Assembly: GCA_032654565.1 (NCBI GenBank)
Contig: JAULAX010000009.1
Span: 299,642-363,641, forward strand
DNA length: 64,000 nucleotides
Source: Anaeromyxobacteraceae bacterium
GTDB lineage: Bacteria > Myxococcota > Myxococcia > Myxococcales > Anaeromyxobacteraceae
Direction: 5' to 3'
The notes beneath the pieces were generated by a model. That model ran no database searches. It saw only the letters and a list, made by a program, of their open reading frames with translations, and had not been told where the DNA came from. Shown in pieces: positions 44,855 through 54,824 of the stretch (the first letter of the stretch is position 1; every line of letters begins with the position of its first letter). Both the position numbers and the translations under genes were made by a program.

Positions 44855-45511
44855 ATGTGCGGCCGCTTCTCGCTCACCCTCGCCGATCTCGCCGCCCTGG
44901 CCCGCGAGTGGTCCGCCGACCTCGACGCGCTGCTGGCCGAGCGCTGGCGGCCGCGCTTCAACGTCGCCCCCGGGCAGGCCCACCCGGTCCTGCGCGAGGT
45001 GGCGGGGCGGCGGCGGCTGGAGCCGGCCACCTTCGGCCTGGCCGGGCCGCGGGGGACGCTGCTCCCCAACGCCCGCTCCGAGACCGCCGCCGAGCGGCGC
45101 ACCTTCGCGGCGCCGCTGCGCCAGGCGCGCTGCGCCGTCCCCGTCGACGGCTTCTACGAGTGGGAGGGCCCCCCCTCGGCCCGGCGGCCCAGCTGGTTCC
45201 ACCGCGACGACGGGGCCCCCCTGCTGCTGGCGGCGGTGGTGGCCGCGGCGCCGGACGGGCGCCCCGGCTTCGCCATCCTCACCACGGCGGCGGTCGAGCC
45301 GGTGGCCCGGCTCCACGACCGCATGCCCGTCCTCCTGCCGCCGGAGCTGGTGGACACCTGGCTGGCCGCCGGCGCGCCGCCGCCCTTCCCGGCCCCCCGC
45401 CCCGGCCTGCTCTCGGCCCGGCTCGTTTCACCGCGCGTCAACTCCGTGGCCGCCGACGACCCGGGGTGCCTCGACCCGCCGCGGCCGGAGGGGCAGCTGC
45501 GGCTGCTGTAG
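44855..45511 (+). CDS. SRAP-family abasic-site protection protein (YedK/HMCES-like)
   Basis: N-terminal MCGRF, FNVAP, NARSET, GFYEW, HDRMP. Confidence 0.93.
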   Translation: MCGRFSLTLADLAALAREWSADLDALLAERWRPRFNVAPGQAHPVLREVAGRRRLEPATFGLAGPRGTLLPNARSETAAERRTFAAPLRQARCAVPVDGFYEWEGPPSARRPSWFHRDDGAPLLLAAVVAAAPDGRPGFAILTTAAVEPVARLHDRMPVLLPPELVDTWLAAGAPPPFPAPRPGLLSARLVSPRVNSVAADDPGCLDPPRPEGQLRLL

Positions 45512-45528
45512 GGGGGGGGGCGGCGTCC

Positions 45529-46779
45529 TCAGGCCACCTCGATCCGGTTCCGCCCCCCGGTCTTGGCCCGGTAGAGCGCCTCGTCGGCCCGCGCCACCAG
45601 CCGCTCGGCGTCGCGGGCGTCCGGGTCCTGGCCGGGGAGCGCGTCGGCCACGCCCAGGCTGGCGGTGACCGAGAGCTGCTTCCCCTGGTAGTCGACGCGC
45701 ATGGCCTCGATGGCCTGGCGGAGCCGCTCGGCGATGGCCCGGGCCCCCTCCCGGTCGGTCTCCGGCAGCACCGCCAGGAACTCCTCCCCGCCCCAGCGGC
45801 CGAGCAGGTCGGACTCGCGCAGCGCCAGGTGGGTGGCCGCCGCCAGGCCCCGCAGCACGGCGTCGCCGGCGGCGTGCCCGTGGGTGTCGTTGACGTGCTT
45901 GAAGAGGTCGATGTCGAGCAGCACGCAGGAGCAGCGTCGCCCGTGGCGCTTCGACCGGGCCAGCTCCTCCTGGAGCCGCTGCCCGGTGTAGCGCCGGTTG
46001 TGCAGCCCGGTCAGGTCGTCGGTGACCGCCATCTCCAGGATGCGGGCCTCGGCGACGTTGAGGCGGCGGTGCAGGCTGGCGGCCAGCCCGCCCAGCACCA
46101 GCAGCAGCGCCGCGGTGGTGAAGACGAAGAGGCCGACCGCGATCCAGCGCGCCTGCGCGACGCCGCGCTCGGCCTCGGTGACGTCGAAGGTCACGCTCAG
46201 GCCGCCGCGGACCTGCCCGACCTGGTAGCCCTGGTGGGCGTGGCACTCCAGGCAGCTCTGCTCGACGCGGAGGGGGCCGAGATAGCGGAACACCGTGCCC
46301 CCGCCCCGGACCTCCCGGGTCGAGACCTCGGTCTCACCGCGCTCGAGCCGCTGCAGCGCCTCGGTCTCGAAGGCGTCGGGGGCGTTGGCCGGGTTGAGCG
46401 GCTTCAGGCTGGTGAGGTGGAAGCTGAAGGAGCCGTCCCGGGCCGTCAGGTCCGACATCTCCCGGGTCATCAGCGCCGGGTTGCGCATGGTGTAGATGGT
46501 GCCGTCGGTCCCCTCCCGGTCGGGGTGGTCGAGGAGCGGGCTGGAGTCGACGCCGGGTCGCTTGGCCACGTAGACGCCACCGTGGACAGAGTTCCAGCTG
46601 CGGGCCAGGGCCACGGCGCCGAAGATGGTGCGGGCCCGGGTGGTGATCTCGGCGTCGATGGTCCGCCCGGTGCTCAGCGCCAGGCCGGTGTAGAGCCCCG
46701 AGACCGCCAGCAGCACCACCAGGCTGAGGTTGATGAAGAAGCTACGCCAGTGACCGCGGGTGGCTGGCACACCGTCCAT
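45529..46779 (-). CDS. Diguanylate cyclase with periplasmic c-heme DUF3365/Tll0287-like sensor
   Basis: TM, NPALMTRE, SLKPLNPANAPD, CLECH, TM, DIDLFKHVND, RESD I-site, GGEEF. Confidence 0.92.
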   Translation of the reverse strand: MDGVPATRGHWRSFFINLSLVVLLAVSGLYTGLALSTGRTIDAEITTRARTIFGAVALARSWNSVHGGVYVAKRPGVDSSPLLDHPDREGTDGTIYTMRNPALMTREMSDLTARDGSFSFHLTSLKPLNPANAPDAFETEALQRLERGETEVSTREVRGGGTVFRYLGPLRVEQSCLECHAHQGYQVGQVRGGLSVTFDVTEAERGVAQARWIAVGLFVFTTAALLLVLGGLAASLHRRLNVAEARILEMAVTDDLTGLHNRRYTGQRLQEELARSKRHGRRCSCVLLDIDLFKHVNDTHGHAAGDAVLRGLAAATHLALRESDLLGRWGGEEFLAVLPETDREGARAIAERLRQAIEAMRVDYQGKQLSVTASLGVADALPGQDPDARDAERLVARADEALYRAKTGGRNRIEVA

Positions 46780-46812
46780 GCCGGGATGCTACGCCGGCAC
46801 GGTGGGTCGGGA

Positions 46813-47685
46813 TCAACTTCCGGGCCTGCCGGCCCGACTGGGGTGCGGCAGGAGGTCAGGCACCCGGTCGCTGGAGAACACGCTGGCGGCGACCCACGCG
46901 GCGTCCGCCGCCAGGAAGGCCCGGTTGTCGGGCCGGCTCCCCGGCGGCAGCTTGCGCGCCACGGCGAGGATGTGGAACGGAAGCATGGTCTCGACGGCGA
47001 GGAGCTGGACGCCGACGTGATCGAGCAGCCTCACCGCGGCGCGGGTGTCGAAGACGTGCTGGTGGAAGCAGCGGTTCTCCACGTTCCTCAGCGAGCGCTG
47101 CCGGAACTGCTCCGGCGTCCCGCCGCCGGGGTCGAGCGCCAGGTCGTGCAGCGCCAGGATCTCCTCGAGGTGGGTCATGTCGTCCTCGCCGACGCCGGCG
47201 GCGGCGTCGGCTACCAGGTGCTCGAGCGTCGTGACCGGGCGGCGGTGGTCGAAGGTCCCCTCGCGGTGCGGCAGCAGCAGCACCAGCGCGCCGCCCTCCT
47301 CGAGGACGCGGAGCCACTCGCCGAGCGCCCGGAGCGGATTGGCGCAGTGCTCCAGGGCGTGGGAGGAGAGCAGGAAGCCGTAGCGCGCCGCCGGTATGCC
47401 CGAGAGGTCGGAGGCCTCGGCGATGTACTGGCGGCCCGGGGCCCGCCCCTTCTCGTAGACGAAGGTGGCCCCCTCGACGTGCGCCTTCCAGACGGTCTGG
47501 CTGGCGAAGTTGCAGTTGTCGAGGCCGCCGACCTCCGGGTAGACGGGCAGGATCCCCCGTCGGCCGCCGAAGACGGCGCTGGGGCCCCCCACCTCCAGCC
47601 CGGACCGGCCGCCGACCAGCGACACCACCAGGGGCAGGCAGCGGGCCCGGGAGTGCCTTCGCAGGAATCGGGGGATCCAGTTCAT
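46813..47685 (-). CDS. SAM-dependent methyltransferase (type 11-like)
   Basis: GLEVGGPS, SSHALEHCANP..L..W.RVL..GG. Confidence 0.82.
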   Translation of the reverse strand: MNWIPRFLRRHSRARCLPLVVSLVGGRSGLEVGGPSAVFGGRRGILPVYPEVGGLDNCNFASQTVWKAHVEGATFVYEKGRAPGRQYIAEASDLSGIPAARYGFLLSSHALEHCANPLRALGEWLRVLEEGGALVLLLPHREGTFDHRRPVTTLEHLVADAAAGVGEDDMTHLEEILALHDLALDPGGGTPEQFRQRSLRNVENRCFHQHVFDTRAAVRLLDHVGVQLLAVETMLPFHILAVARKLPPGSRPDNRAFLAADAAWVAASVFSSDRVPDLLPHPSRAGRPGS

Positions 47686-47860
47686 GGCGTGGGGCCCGTG
47701 TCGAGGGACCGGGAGTTCGATAGCACGATTCCGGCCCGGCGCTCCGAACAGCCCGACGGTCCGCGGCGCTCCCGGCCCGGCGCCCCCCGCTTGATGAGGC
47801 CGGGGCCGCGTGGCAAGCTCACCAGCCCCTCCCCGACCAAGGCCGACCGCCCCACCGCCC

Positions 47861-48457
47861 ATGAGCTCCCGCCACCTCGACCTCGGCTGCGGCGCCGTCC
47901 CGCGCAACCCCTACGGCCGGGCCGAGGTCCACGCCGTCGACCTGGCGGTCCCGCCGGGCCTCGACCCGGCCCGCTTCCGCCGCGCCAACCTGGCCGTCGA
48001 GCCCATCCCCTACGACGACTCCAGCTTCGACTCGGTCTCGGCCTTCGACTTCCTGGAGCACGTCCCGCGCCTGCTGCCGACCGCCGACGGCCGCTCCACC
48101 CGCCTCCCCTTCATCGAGCTCATGGACGAGATCCACCGGGTCCTCCGGCCAGGTGGCCGCCTCTACGCGGTGACGCCGGCCTTCCCCCGCCCCGAGGCCT
48201 TCGTCGACCCCACCCACGTCAACCAGGTCTCCCTCGGCACCGCGAGGTACTTCTGCACCCCGGACCCGCTGGCCCGCATGTACGGGTTCCGCGGCGCCTT
48301 CGCGCTGGTCCGGAACGAGTGGGCGCTGCACCCGGAGGCCTTCAGCGCCAGCCCCACCCTCGGCTGGCGGCGACGCTTCACGCGCTGGCGGCGTGCCCGC
48401 GGTGGCCGGCTCTCCCACCTGCTCTGGGAGCTGGCCTGCGTCAAGCCGGTGGCCTGA
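47861..48457 (+). CDS. SAM-dependent methyltransferase (type 11-like)
   Basis: HLDLGCG, FDFLEHVP, EIHRVLRPGG, DPTHV. Confidence 0.88.
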   Translation: MSSRHLDLGCGAVPRNPYGRAEVHAVDLAVPPGLDPARFRRANLAVEPIPYDDSSFDSVSAFDFLEHVPRLLPTADGRSTRLPFIELMDEIHRVLRPGGRLYAVTPAFPRPEAFVDPTHVNQVSLGTARYFCTPDPLARMYGFRGAFALVRNEWALHPEAFSASPTLGWRRRFTRWRRARGGRLSHLLWELACVKPVA

Positions 48458-49190
48458 GCCGCAGCCCCAGCAGCCACTCGCGGTTCCCGGCCGGCCCCTG
48501 GATGGGCGACTCGGCGTGGCCCATGACCTCGAAGCCGAGCGCCCGGGCCGCCGCGGCCACCGCCTCCAGGGCCGCCAGCCGCTTCGAGTCCTCGCGCACC
48601 ACGCCGCCCTTCCCCACCTCGCCCTTGCCCACCTCGAACTGCGGCTTGACCAGCAGCAGCGCCCAGCCCCCGGGCGCGAGGATGGCCTTCACCGCCGGCA
48701 GCACCAGCGTGAGCGAGATGAAGGAGAGGTCGCCCACCACCAGGTCGACCCGTCCGCCGAGGTCGGCGGCGGTGAGCGCCCGGGCGTTCACCCGCTCGCG
48801 CACCACCACCCGCGGGTCGCCGCGGATCCGGTCGTGGAGCTGCCCGTAGCCGACGTCGACGGCGTGGACCTTCGCCGCGCCGCGCTGCAGCAGCAGGTCG
48901 GTGAAGCCGCCGGTCGAGGCCCCCAGGTCGGCGCAGGTGAGGCCGGCCGGATCGACGGGGAAGACCTCCAGCGCCTTCTCCAGCTTGAGCGCCCCGCGCG
49001 AGACGTAGCGCTGCGGCCCGGCGCCGTCCTTGATGCGCAGCGGCAGGGCCTCGTCGACCTGCTGGCCGGGCTTGTCGACGCGGGCCTCGCCGGCCACCAC
49101 CGCGCCGGCCATCACCAGCGCCTGCGCCTGGGTGCGGGACTCGGCCAGGCCGCGCTCCACCAGGAGCAGGTCGATGCGGCGCCGGGCCAG
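48441..49190 (-). CDS. tlyA: TlyA-family rRNA 2'-O-methyltransferase (probable CTG start)
   Basis: S4-like RRIDLLLVERGL, YVSRGALKL, DLGASTGGFTD, VDVGYGQL, KPQFE, GPAGNRE. Confidence 0.93.
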   Translation of the reverse strand: MARRRIDLLLVERGLAESRTQAQALVMAGAVVAGEARVDKPGQQVDEALPLRIKDGAGPQRYVSRGALKLEKALEVFPVDPAGLTCADLGASTGGFTDLLLQRGAAKVHAVDVGYGQLHDRIRGDPRVVVRERVNARALTAADLGGRVDLVVGDLSFISLTLVLPAVKAILAPGGWALLLVKPQFEVGKGEVGKGGVVREDSKRLAALEAVAAAARALGFEVMGHAESPIQGPAGNREWLLGLRLRPPA

Positions 49191-49198
49191 GGGGGCTC

Positions 49199-51109
49199 CT
49201 AGGCGACCCCGCGCGCCTTGGTCTCGCCGCAGAGCGACCGGCAGGCGGCCACGATGGCCGGCGCGTCGATGCCCACCTCGGCCCGCTGCCGCCCCTGCTC
49301 GGCGTGGGTGATGAACCGATCCGGGATGCCGAGCCGCCTCACCTGGACGCCGCTGGCCACCAGCCCGGCGGCCTCGAAGGCCTCCAGGCAGGCGCTGCCG
49401 AAGCCGCCCTGGAGCGCGTTCTCCTCCACGGTCACCACCCGGCGGATGGCCGCCGCCTCTCCGCAGATCAGCGCCTCGTCGAGCGGCTTGACGAAGCGGG
49501 GGTCGATGACCCGGGCGTCGAGGCCGCCGCGGGCCAGCTCCTCGGCCGCCGCCAGCGCCGGGGCCAGCGTCGAGCCGGCCGCCACCACCAGCACGTCGGG
49601 CCGGGCGCCGCCGGCGCGGACCACCCGCCCCGCGCCGATGGGGAGCACCGCCGCCGGCCGGTCCAGGGCCACGCCCACCCCGGCGCCGCGCGGGAAGCGG
49701 AAGGCGCAGGGGCCGGGGTGCTGCAGCGAGGTGTGGAGCATGTCGCGCAGCTCGGCCTCGTCGGACGGCGCCATCACCACCAGGTTGGGGATGCAGCGCA
49801 GGTAGGAGAGGTCGAAGGCGCCCTGGTGGGTCTTGCCGTCGGCCCCCACCAGCCCGCCGCGGTCGAGCGCGAAGGTGACCGGGAGCTGCTGCAGGGCCAC
49901 GTCGTGGATGATCTGGTCGTAGCCGCGCTGCAGGAAGGTGGAGTAGATGGCCACCACCGGCCGGATCCCCTGGCAGGCCAGGCCGGCGGCGAAGGTGACG
50001 GCGTGCTGCTCGGCGATGCCGACGTCGTAGGTCCGCGCCGGGAAGGCCTGCTTGCACTTGATCAGGCCGGTCCCCTCCAGCATGGCGGCGGTGATGGCCA
50101 CCACCTTGTCGTTGGCCTTCATCTCCTCGATGAGCGCCTCGGCGAAGAGGTCGGTGTAGGCCTTGGGGGCCGGCTTCTTCACCGACTTGCCGGTGGCCAC
50201 GTCGAAGAAGGAGAGGCCGTGGCCGCGGGTGGCGGGGTCGGACTCGGCCGGGTGGTAGCCCTTGCCCTTCTGGGTGATGACGTGGAGCAGGACCGGGTCG
50301 CCGAAAGCGGCCAGCTTCTGGAAGGTCTCCACCAGCGCACCCACGTCGTGCCCGTCGGCCGGCCCCACGTAGTGGAAGCCCAGCCCCTCGAACATCACCC
50401 CGGGGGTGACCAGCGCCTTGGCGGCGACGATGCCGTGGCGGATGGCGTCGATGGCCTCGTGCCCCTTGGGCAGCCTCTCCAGGAAGTCCTTCACCCCCCG
50501 GCGCCAGCGGTTGTAGGTGCGCGAGGTGAACTTCTTGGAGAGCCACTCGCCCATGGCGCCGACGTTGGGCGAGATCGACATCTCGTTGTCGTTGAGCACC
50601 ACGATCAGGTCGCGCTTCAGGTAGCCGGCCTGGTTGAGCCCCTCGAAGGCCTCGCCGCCGGTCATGGCCCCGTCGCCGAGCAGCGCCACCACCTTGCCGG
50701 CCTGGCCGGTCAGGTGCATGGCCTCGACCATGCCCAGCGCCGCCGAGATGGCGGTGGAGGCGTGGCCCACCCCGAAGGCGTCGTGCTCCGACTCGTGCCG
50801 CTCGGGGAAGCCGGCCAGCCCGCCCTCGGTGCGGATGGTGCGGAACCGGTCGCGCCGCCCGGTCAGCAGCTTGTGGGCGTAGGCCTGGTGGCCGACGTCC
50901 CAGACCAGCTTGTCGGTGGGTGAGGAGAAGACGTAGTGGAGCGCCACGTTCAGCTCCACCGCCCCCAGCGAGGAGCCGAGGTGGCCGCCGTTGGCGGCGC
51001 AGGTCTCGATGATCTCGTCCCGGAGCTCGGCGCAGAGCGCCGGCAGGTCCCCCACCGGCAGCTTCTTGAGATCCGCGGGCGAGTCGATCGCGTCGAGCAG
51101 GTGGCCCAT
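49199..51109 (-). CDS. dxs: 1-deoxy-D-xylulose-5-phosphate synthase
   Basis: GGHLGSSLG, WDVGHQAY, GDGAMTGG..LNDN, DVGIAEQH, YSTFLQR, DGKTHQG; AAGGAGG RBS. Confidence 0.98.
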   Translation of the reverse strand: MGHLLDAIDSPADLKKLPVGDLPALCAELRDEIIETCAANGGHLGSSLGAVELNVALHYVFSSPTDKLVWDVGHQAYAHKLLTGRRDRFRTIRTEGGLAGFPERHESEHDAFGVGHASTAISAALGMVEAMHLTGQAGKVVALLGDGAMTGGEAFEGLNQAGYLKRDLIVVLNDNEMSISPNVGAMGEWLSKKFTSRTYNRWRRGVKDFLERLPKGHEAIDAIRHGIVAAKALVTPGVMFEGLGFHYVGPADGHDVGALVETFQKLAAFGDPVLLHVITQKGKGYHPAESDPATRGHGLSFFDVATGKSVKKPAPKAYTDLFAEALIEEMKANDKVVAITAAMLEGTGLIKCKQAFPARTYDVGIAEQHAVTFAAGLACQGIRPVVAIYSTFLQRGYDQIIHDVALQQLPVTFALDRGGLVGADGKTHQGAFDLSYLRCIPNLVVMAPSDEAELRDMLHTSLQHPGPCAFRFPRGAGVGVALDRPAAVLPIGAGRVVRAGGARPDVLVVAAGSTLAPALAAAEELARGGLDARVIDPRFVKPLDEALICGEAAAIRRVVTVEENALQGGFGSACLEAFEAAGLVASGVQVRRLGIPDRFITHAEQGRQRAEVGIDAPAIVAACRSLCGETKARGVA

Positions 51110-51123
51110 GACCGTCTCCTCCT

Positions 51124-52005
51124 TCACTTCTTCCGTTCGATGACGTAACCGGCCAGCGCCCGCAGCGCCGCGGCCCGTGGTCCCAGCGGGGCCAGGGCGG
51201 CCAGCGCCTCGCCGAGCAGCGCCTCGGCGCGGGCCCGGGCGGCCGCCGGGCCGAGCAGCGACGGCAGGGTGGCCTTGCCGGCGGCGGCGTCCTTGCCGGC
51301 CCGCTTCCCCAGGGTGGCGGTGTCGGCGGTGAGGTCGAGCAGGTCGTCGGCCACCTGGAAGGCCAGCCCGAGCGCGAGGCCGAGCGGGTAGACGGCGGCG
51401 GCGTCGGCCCCGGCGCAGCGGGCCCCCCCGGCGATGGAGGCGGCCAGCAGGGCGCCGGTCTTGGTGCGCATCAGGGTGAGCACCTCGGCCTCGCAGAGCG
51501 GGCGGTGCTCGGCCTCGATGTCGCGCTGCTGCCCCTCGACCATGAGCAGGGCGTTGTCGGCGAGGAGGCGCGCCAGCTCCCCGGCCACCGGCCCCGGCCC
51601 GGCCAGCAGGTGGGCGAAGGCCAGCGACTGCAGCCCGTCACCGACCAGCACCGCGGTGGCCTCGTCGAAGGCGACGTGGACGGTGGGCCGGCCGCGGCGC
51701 AGGTCGTCGTCGTCCATGGCCGGGAGGTCGTCGTGGACCAGCGAGTAGGTGTGGACGCACTCCATGCTGAGGGCGAAGCGCATGGCCAGCGAGCCGTCGG
51801 AGGCGTCGCCGCCGTGGGCCTCGCAGGCGGCCAGGGCCAGCGCCGGCCGGAGCCGCTTGCCGCCGGCCAGCAGGGCGTACTTCATGGCGTCCACCAGCCG
51901 GTCCGGGGCCACGCCGCGGCGGGTCTCGACCAGCGCGGTGAGGCCCGCCTCCACGCGCGCGGAGACCGACCGCAGGTAGGGCTCGATGGCGAAGGGCTCG
52001 CTCAC
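51124..52005 (-). CDS. ispA: Polyprenyl (farnesyl/geranylgeranyl) diphosphate synthase
   Basis: GGKRLRP, HDDLPAMDDDDLRRG, KTGAL, FQVADDLLD. Confidence 0.95.
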   Translation of the reverse strand: MSEPFAIEPYLRSVSARVEAGLTALVETRRGVAPDRLVDAMKYALLAGGKRLRPALALAACEAHGGDASDGSLAMRFALSMECVHTYSLVHDDLPAMDDDDLRRGRPTVHVAFDEATAVLVGDGLQSLAFAHLLAGPGPVAGELARLLADNALLMVEGQQRDIEAEHRPLCEAEVLTLMRTKTGALLAASIAGGARCAGADAAAVYPLGLALGLAFQVADDLLDLTADTATLGKRAGKDAAAGKATLPSLLGPAAARARAEALLGEALAALAPLGPRAAALRALAGYVIERKK

Positions 52006-52159
52006 GGTGGACGCCTTCTAGCACGCCCGGCGCCCCGGTTCACGCCGCGCCGGGGCGTGGCGGGACCGCCGGGGAGGACCCGGGTGAACCCCGAAACACT
52101 TCGGATTCCCGGGGCCATGGTCTACCCTCGGGGCTCCCCTTCCCCCTCCCCGCCACGCC

Positions 52160-53047
52160 ATGATCTCCTTCCTGGTCTGCTCCATCAGCGAAGCCCGCGC
52201 CGCCGCCCTCGCCGGGAACCTGGCGGCCACGGTGGGGGTCGAGCACGAGCTGCTGGTCCACGACAACCGCGAGGCGCGCTGGGGCCTGGCCCGGGTCTAC
52301 AACCACCTGGCTGGGCGGGCCCGCCACCCGCTGCTCTGCTTCCTCCACGAGGACGTCAGGTTCTGCTCCCCGCCGGGCTGGGGGCGGGAGCTCACCGGCT
52401 TCTACGCCAGCCACCCCGACGCCGGCGTGGTCGGGTTCGCCGGCTCGCAGGTCAAGAGCCGGGCCCTCTCCGGCTGGTACGGCCTGCCGGAGTACCACCG
52501 GCAGCACCTGCTGCAGCATGACCACCGGGGCCGGGCGCGGGCCATCCACGTCAACCCCGCCGCGGAGGCCTTCTCCCGGGTGACCGTCCTCGACGGGCTC
52601 TGCCTCTTCGCCCCGCGCCAGGCCTGGGCGGATCACCGCTACGACGAGGTGACCTTCCCCGGCTTTCACCTCTACGACCTCGACTTCAGCACCCAGGTGG
52701 CGCAGGCGCGGGCCAACTACGTCTGCCACACCGTCCTGCCCGAGCACTTCTCGGCGGGTTCCTTCGGCGAGGGGTGGCGGGTCGCGGCCGAGGCCTACCA
52801 CCGCAAGTGGTCGGCGCAGCTCCCGCTCAGCTGCGTCCCGCTCGGCCCCGGGGCGCTGCGGCGGGTGGAGGCCCACGCCGCCTACCGCTCCCTGCGAGAG
52901 CTGCTGCGCGACCCCACGGCCAGCCCCGAACGCCTCGGCGAGGCCTGGCGCCTCTACCAGTCCAACGCCTCGGCCCGGTATGACCTGCGACTGGTCAGCC
53001 ACCGGCTGCGCGCCGCGCTGCGCCGGCTCAGGTCGCGCCCGGGCTGA
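52160..53047 (+). CDS. GT2-like glycosyltransferase
   Basis: ISFLVCS, YN..LCFLHEDV, VLDGL, FHLYDLD. Confidence 0.82.
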   Translation: MISFLVCSISEARAAALAGNLAATVGVEHELLVHDNREARWGLARVYNHLAGRARHPLLCFLHEDVRFCSPPGWGRELTGFYASHPDAGVVGFAGSQVKSRALSGWYGLPEYHRQHLLQHDHRGRARAIHVNPAAEAFSRVTVLDGLCLFAPRQAWADHRYDEVTFPGFHLYDLDFSTQVAQARANYVCHTVLPEHFSAGSFGEGWRVAAEAYHRKWSAQLPLSCVPLGPGALRRVEAHAAYRSLRELLRDPTASPERLGEAWRLYQSNASARYDLRLVSHRLRAALRRLRSRPG

Positions 53048-53858
53048 CCACCGCCTGCGCCACCGCGGCGCTGACGTGCGGCGCCCAGAAGCGGAGGTGG
53101 CGCCCCTTGTACCAGCCGTGCGCCGCCATGGGGAGCCGCCCGCCGGCCATGGCGAAGAGCCGGTCCGGGTTGATGTCCCATGAGAAGGCCAGCGCCTCGG
53201 CCACCTCCGGCGTCCGGTGCGGGTGGCCCTTCTTGGACGGCTCCACGCTCCAGAAGATGTCCTCGTGGAAGTGGTGCGTCCCCTGGTGGCGCAGGTAGTG
53301 GTCGATGGCGTCCTTCATCTCCAGGCTGAGCCGGTGGTGGGTCTCGACCTTGCGCAGCGAGAAGCCGCCGTTGCCGACCCGGTTGCGGGTCTCGTAGCGG
53401 TAGACCTTGTCCTGGACGCCGAGGAAGAGCTTGCTGAGCGCCATCTTCAGCTGGTGGATGCGGACGCTCAGCTCGGTCTTGGAGACCCACGGCGCCCCCA
53501 CGTAGTCGTAGCCGCGCGCCACCCACCCGGCCAGGTCGTCGCGGAAGACGAAGACGTCGAGCTGGCAGATCAGCATGAACTCGCTGCCGAGGAAGCGCTG
53601 GTAGAACCCGGTCGAGAGCAGCAGCCGGTTGTAGCCCTGGATCGAGGTGAAGTAGGCCGGGTCGAAGGTCTCCACCGCCTTGAAGGGGAAGCGGGCCTCG
53701 ATGGCCGCGGTGTCGAGCCCGGCCGGCTTCACCATCACCAGGTGGTGGGCCCCCAGCACCCGGAAGGTGCTCTCCAGCGAGACGGCCTCCTGTGGGTCGA
53801 GGAAGGACCGGTAGACCGGCACCAGGATGGCGAGCTTCTCGGCGGGGAGCGCGGGCAT
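53028..53858 (-). CDS. DUF5672-like (glycosyltransferase-like) protein
   Basis: [38 protein letters not shown]. Confidence 0.85.
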   Translation of the reverse strand: MPALPAEKLAILVPVYRSFLDPQEAVSLESTFRVLGAHHLVMVKPAGLDTAAIEARFPFKAVETFDPAYFTSIQGYNRLLLSTGFYQRFLGSEFMLICQLDVFVFRDDLAGWVARGYDYVGAPWVSKTELSVRIHQLKMALSKLFLGVQDKVYRYETRNRVGNGGFSLRKVETHHRLSLEMKDAIDHYLRHQGTHHFHEDIFWSVEPSKKGHPHRTPEVAEALAFSWDINPDRLFAMAGGRLPMAAHGWYKGRHLRFWAPHVSAAVAQAVVSPGAT

Positions 53859-53933
53859 GGCGTGCTGGCAACCTACCCAAAGACGCCTGGTCTGGCCAAC
53901 CAGGCGCCGGCCGTTCTGCTAGAAGATCCGGTC

Positions 53934-54824
53934 ATGACCTCCTCGCGCAAGGGCCTCATCCTCGCCGGCGGCGCCGGCACCCGGCTCTACCCGGCCACCC
54001 TGGCGGTGTCCAAGCAGCTGCTGCCGGTGTTCGACAAGCCCATGATCTACTACCCGCTCTCGGCGCTGATGCTGGCCGGGATCCGCGAGGTGCTGGTCAT
54101 CTCGACGCCCCAGGACACGCCGCGCTTCCAGGCCCTGCTGGGCGACGGCAGCGCCTGGGGCATGCGCTTCGAGTACGTGGTGCAGCCCAGCCCCGACGGG
54201 CTGGCCCAGGCCTTCATCCTCGGCGCCGACTTCGTCAAGGGCGGCCCCTCGGCGCTGGTGCTGGGCGACAACATCTACTACGGCCACGAGTTCCAGCAGA
54301 TCCTCAAGGCCGCCGACGCCCGCCGCGACGGCGCCACCGTCTTCGCCTACGCCGTCCAGGACCCGGAGCGCTACGGCGTGGTGGAGTTCGACGCCGCCCG
54401 CAACGTGCTCAGCATCGAGGAGAAGCCGGCCCGGCCCAGGTCGCGCTACGCCGTCACCGGCCTCTACTTCTACGACGAGCAGGTGGTGGAGCTGGCCCGG
54501 CAGGTGAAGCCCTCGCCGCGCGGCGAGCTGGAGATCACCGACCTCAACCGGCTCTACCTGGAGCGACGCAAGCTCACCGTCGAGATCATGGGGCGCGGCT
54601 ACGCCTGGCTCGACACCGGCACCCACGAGTCGCTGCTGGAGGCTGGCCAGTTCGTGGCCACCATCGAGAAGCGGCAGGGGCTCAAGATCGCCTGCCCCGA
54701 GGAGGTGGCCTGGCGGCAGGGCTGGATCGACGACGCCGCCCTGGAGCGCTGCGCCACGGCGCTCGGCAAGTCGACCTACGGCGCCTACGTGCGCGGCCTC
54801 CTCGGCGGGCCCCGGGTCTACTGA
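53934..54824 (+). CDS. rfbA: Glucose-1-phosphate thymidylyltransferase
   Basis: [39 protein letters not shown]. Confidence 0.97.
   Translation: MTSSRKGLILAGGAGTRLYPATLAVSKQLLPVFDKPMIYYPLSALMLAGIREVLVISTPQDTPRFQALLGDGSAWGMRFEYVVQPSPDGLAQAFILGADFVKGGPSALVLGDNIYYGHEFQQILKAADARRDGATVFAYAVQDPERYGVVEFDAARNVLSIEEKPARPRSRYAVTGLYFYDEQVVELARQVKPSPRGELEITDLNRLYLERRKLTVEIMGRGYAWLDTGTHESLLEAGQFVATIEKRQGLKIACPEEVAWRQGWIDDAALERCATALGKSTYGAYVRGLLGGPRVY

Noticed and set aside
44722..48849. 1375-aa + strand ORF
   Set aside because: Off-frame/antisense composite over several real genes; Arg/Gly/Pro-rich with no motifs
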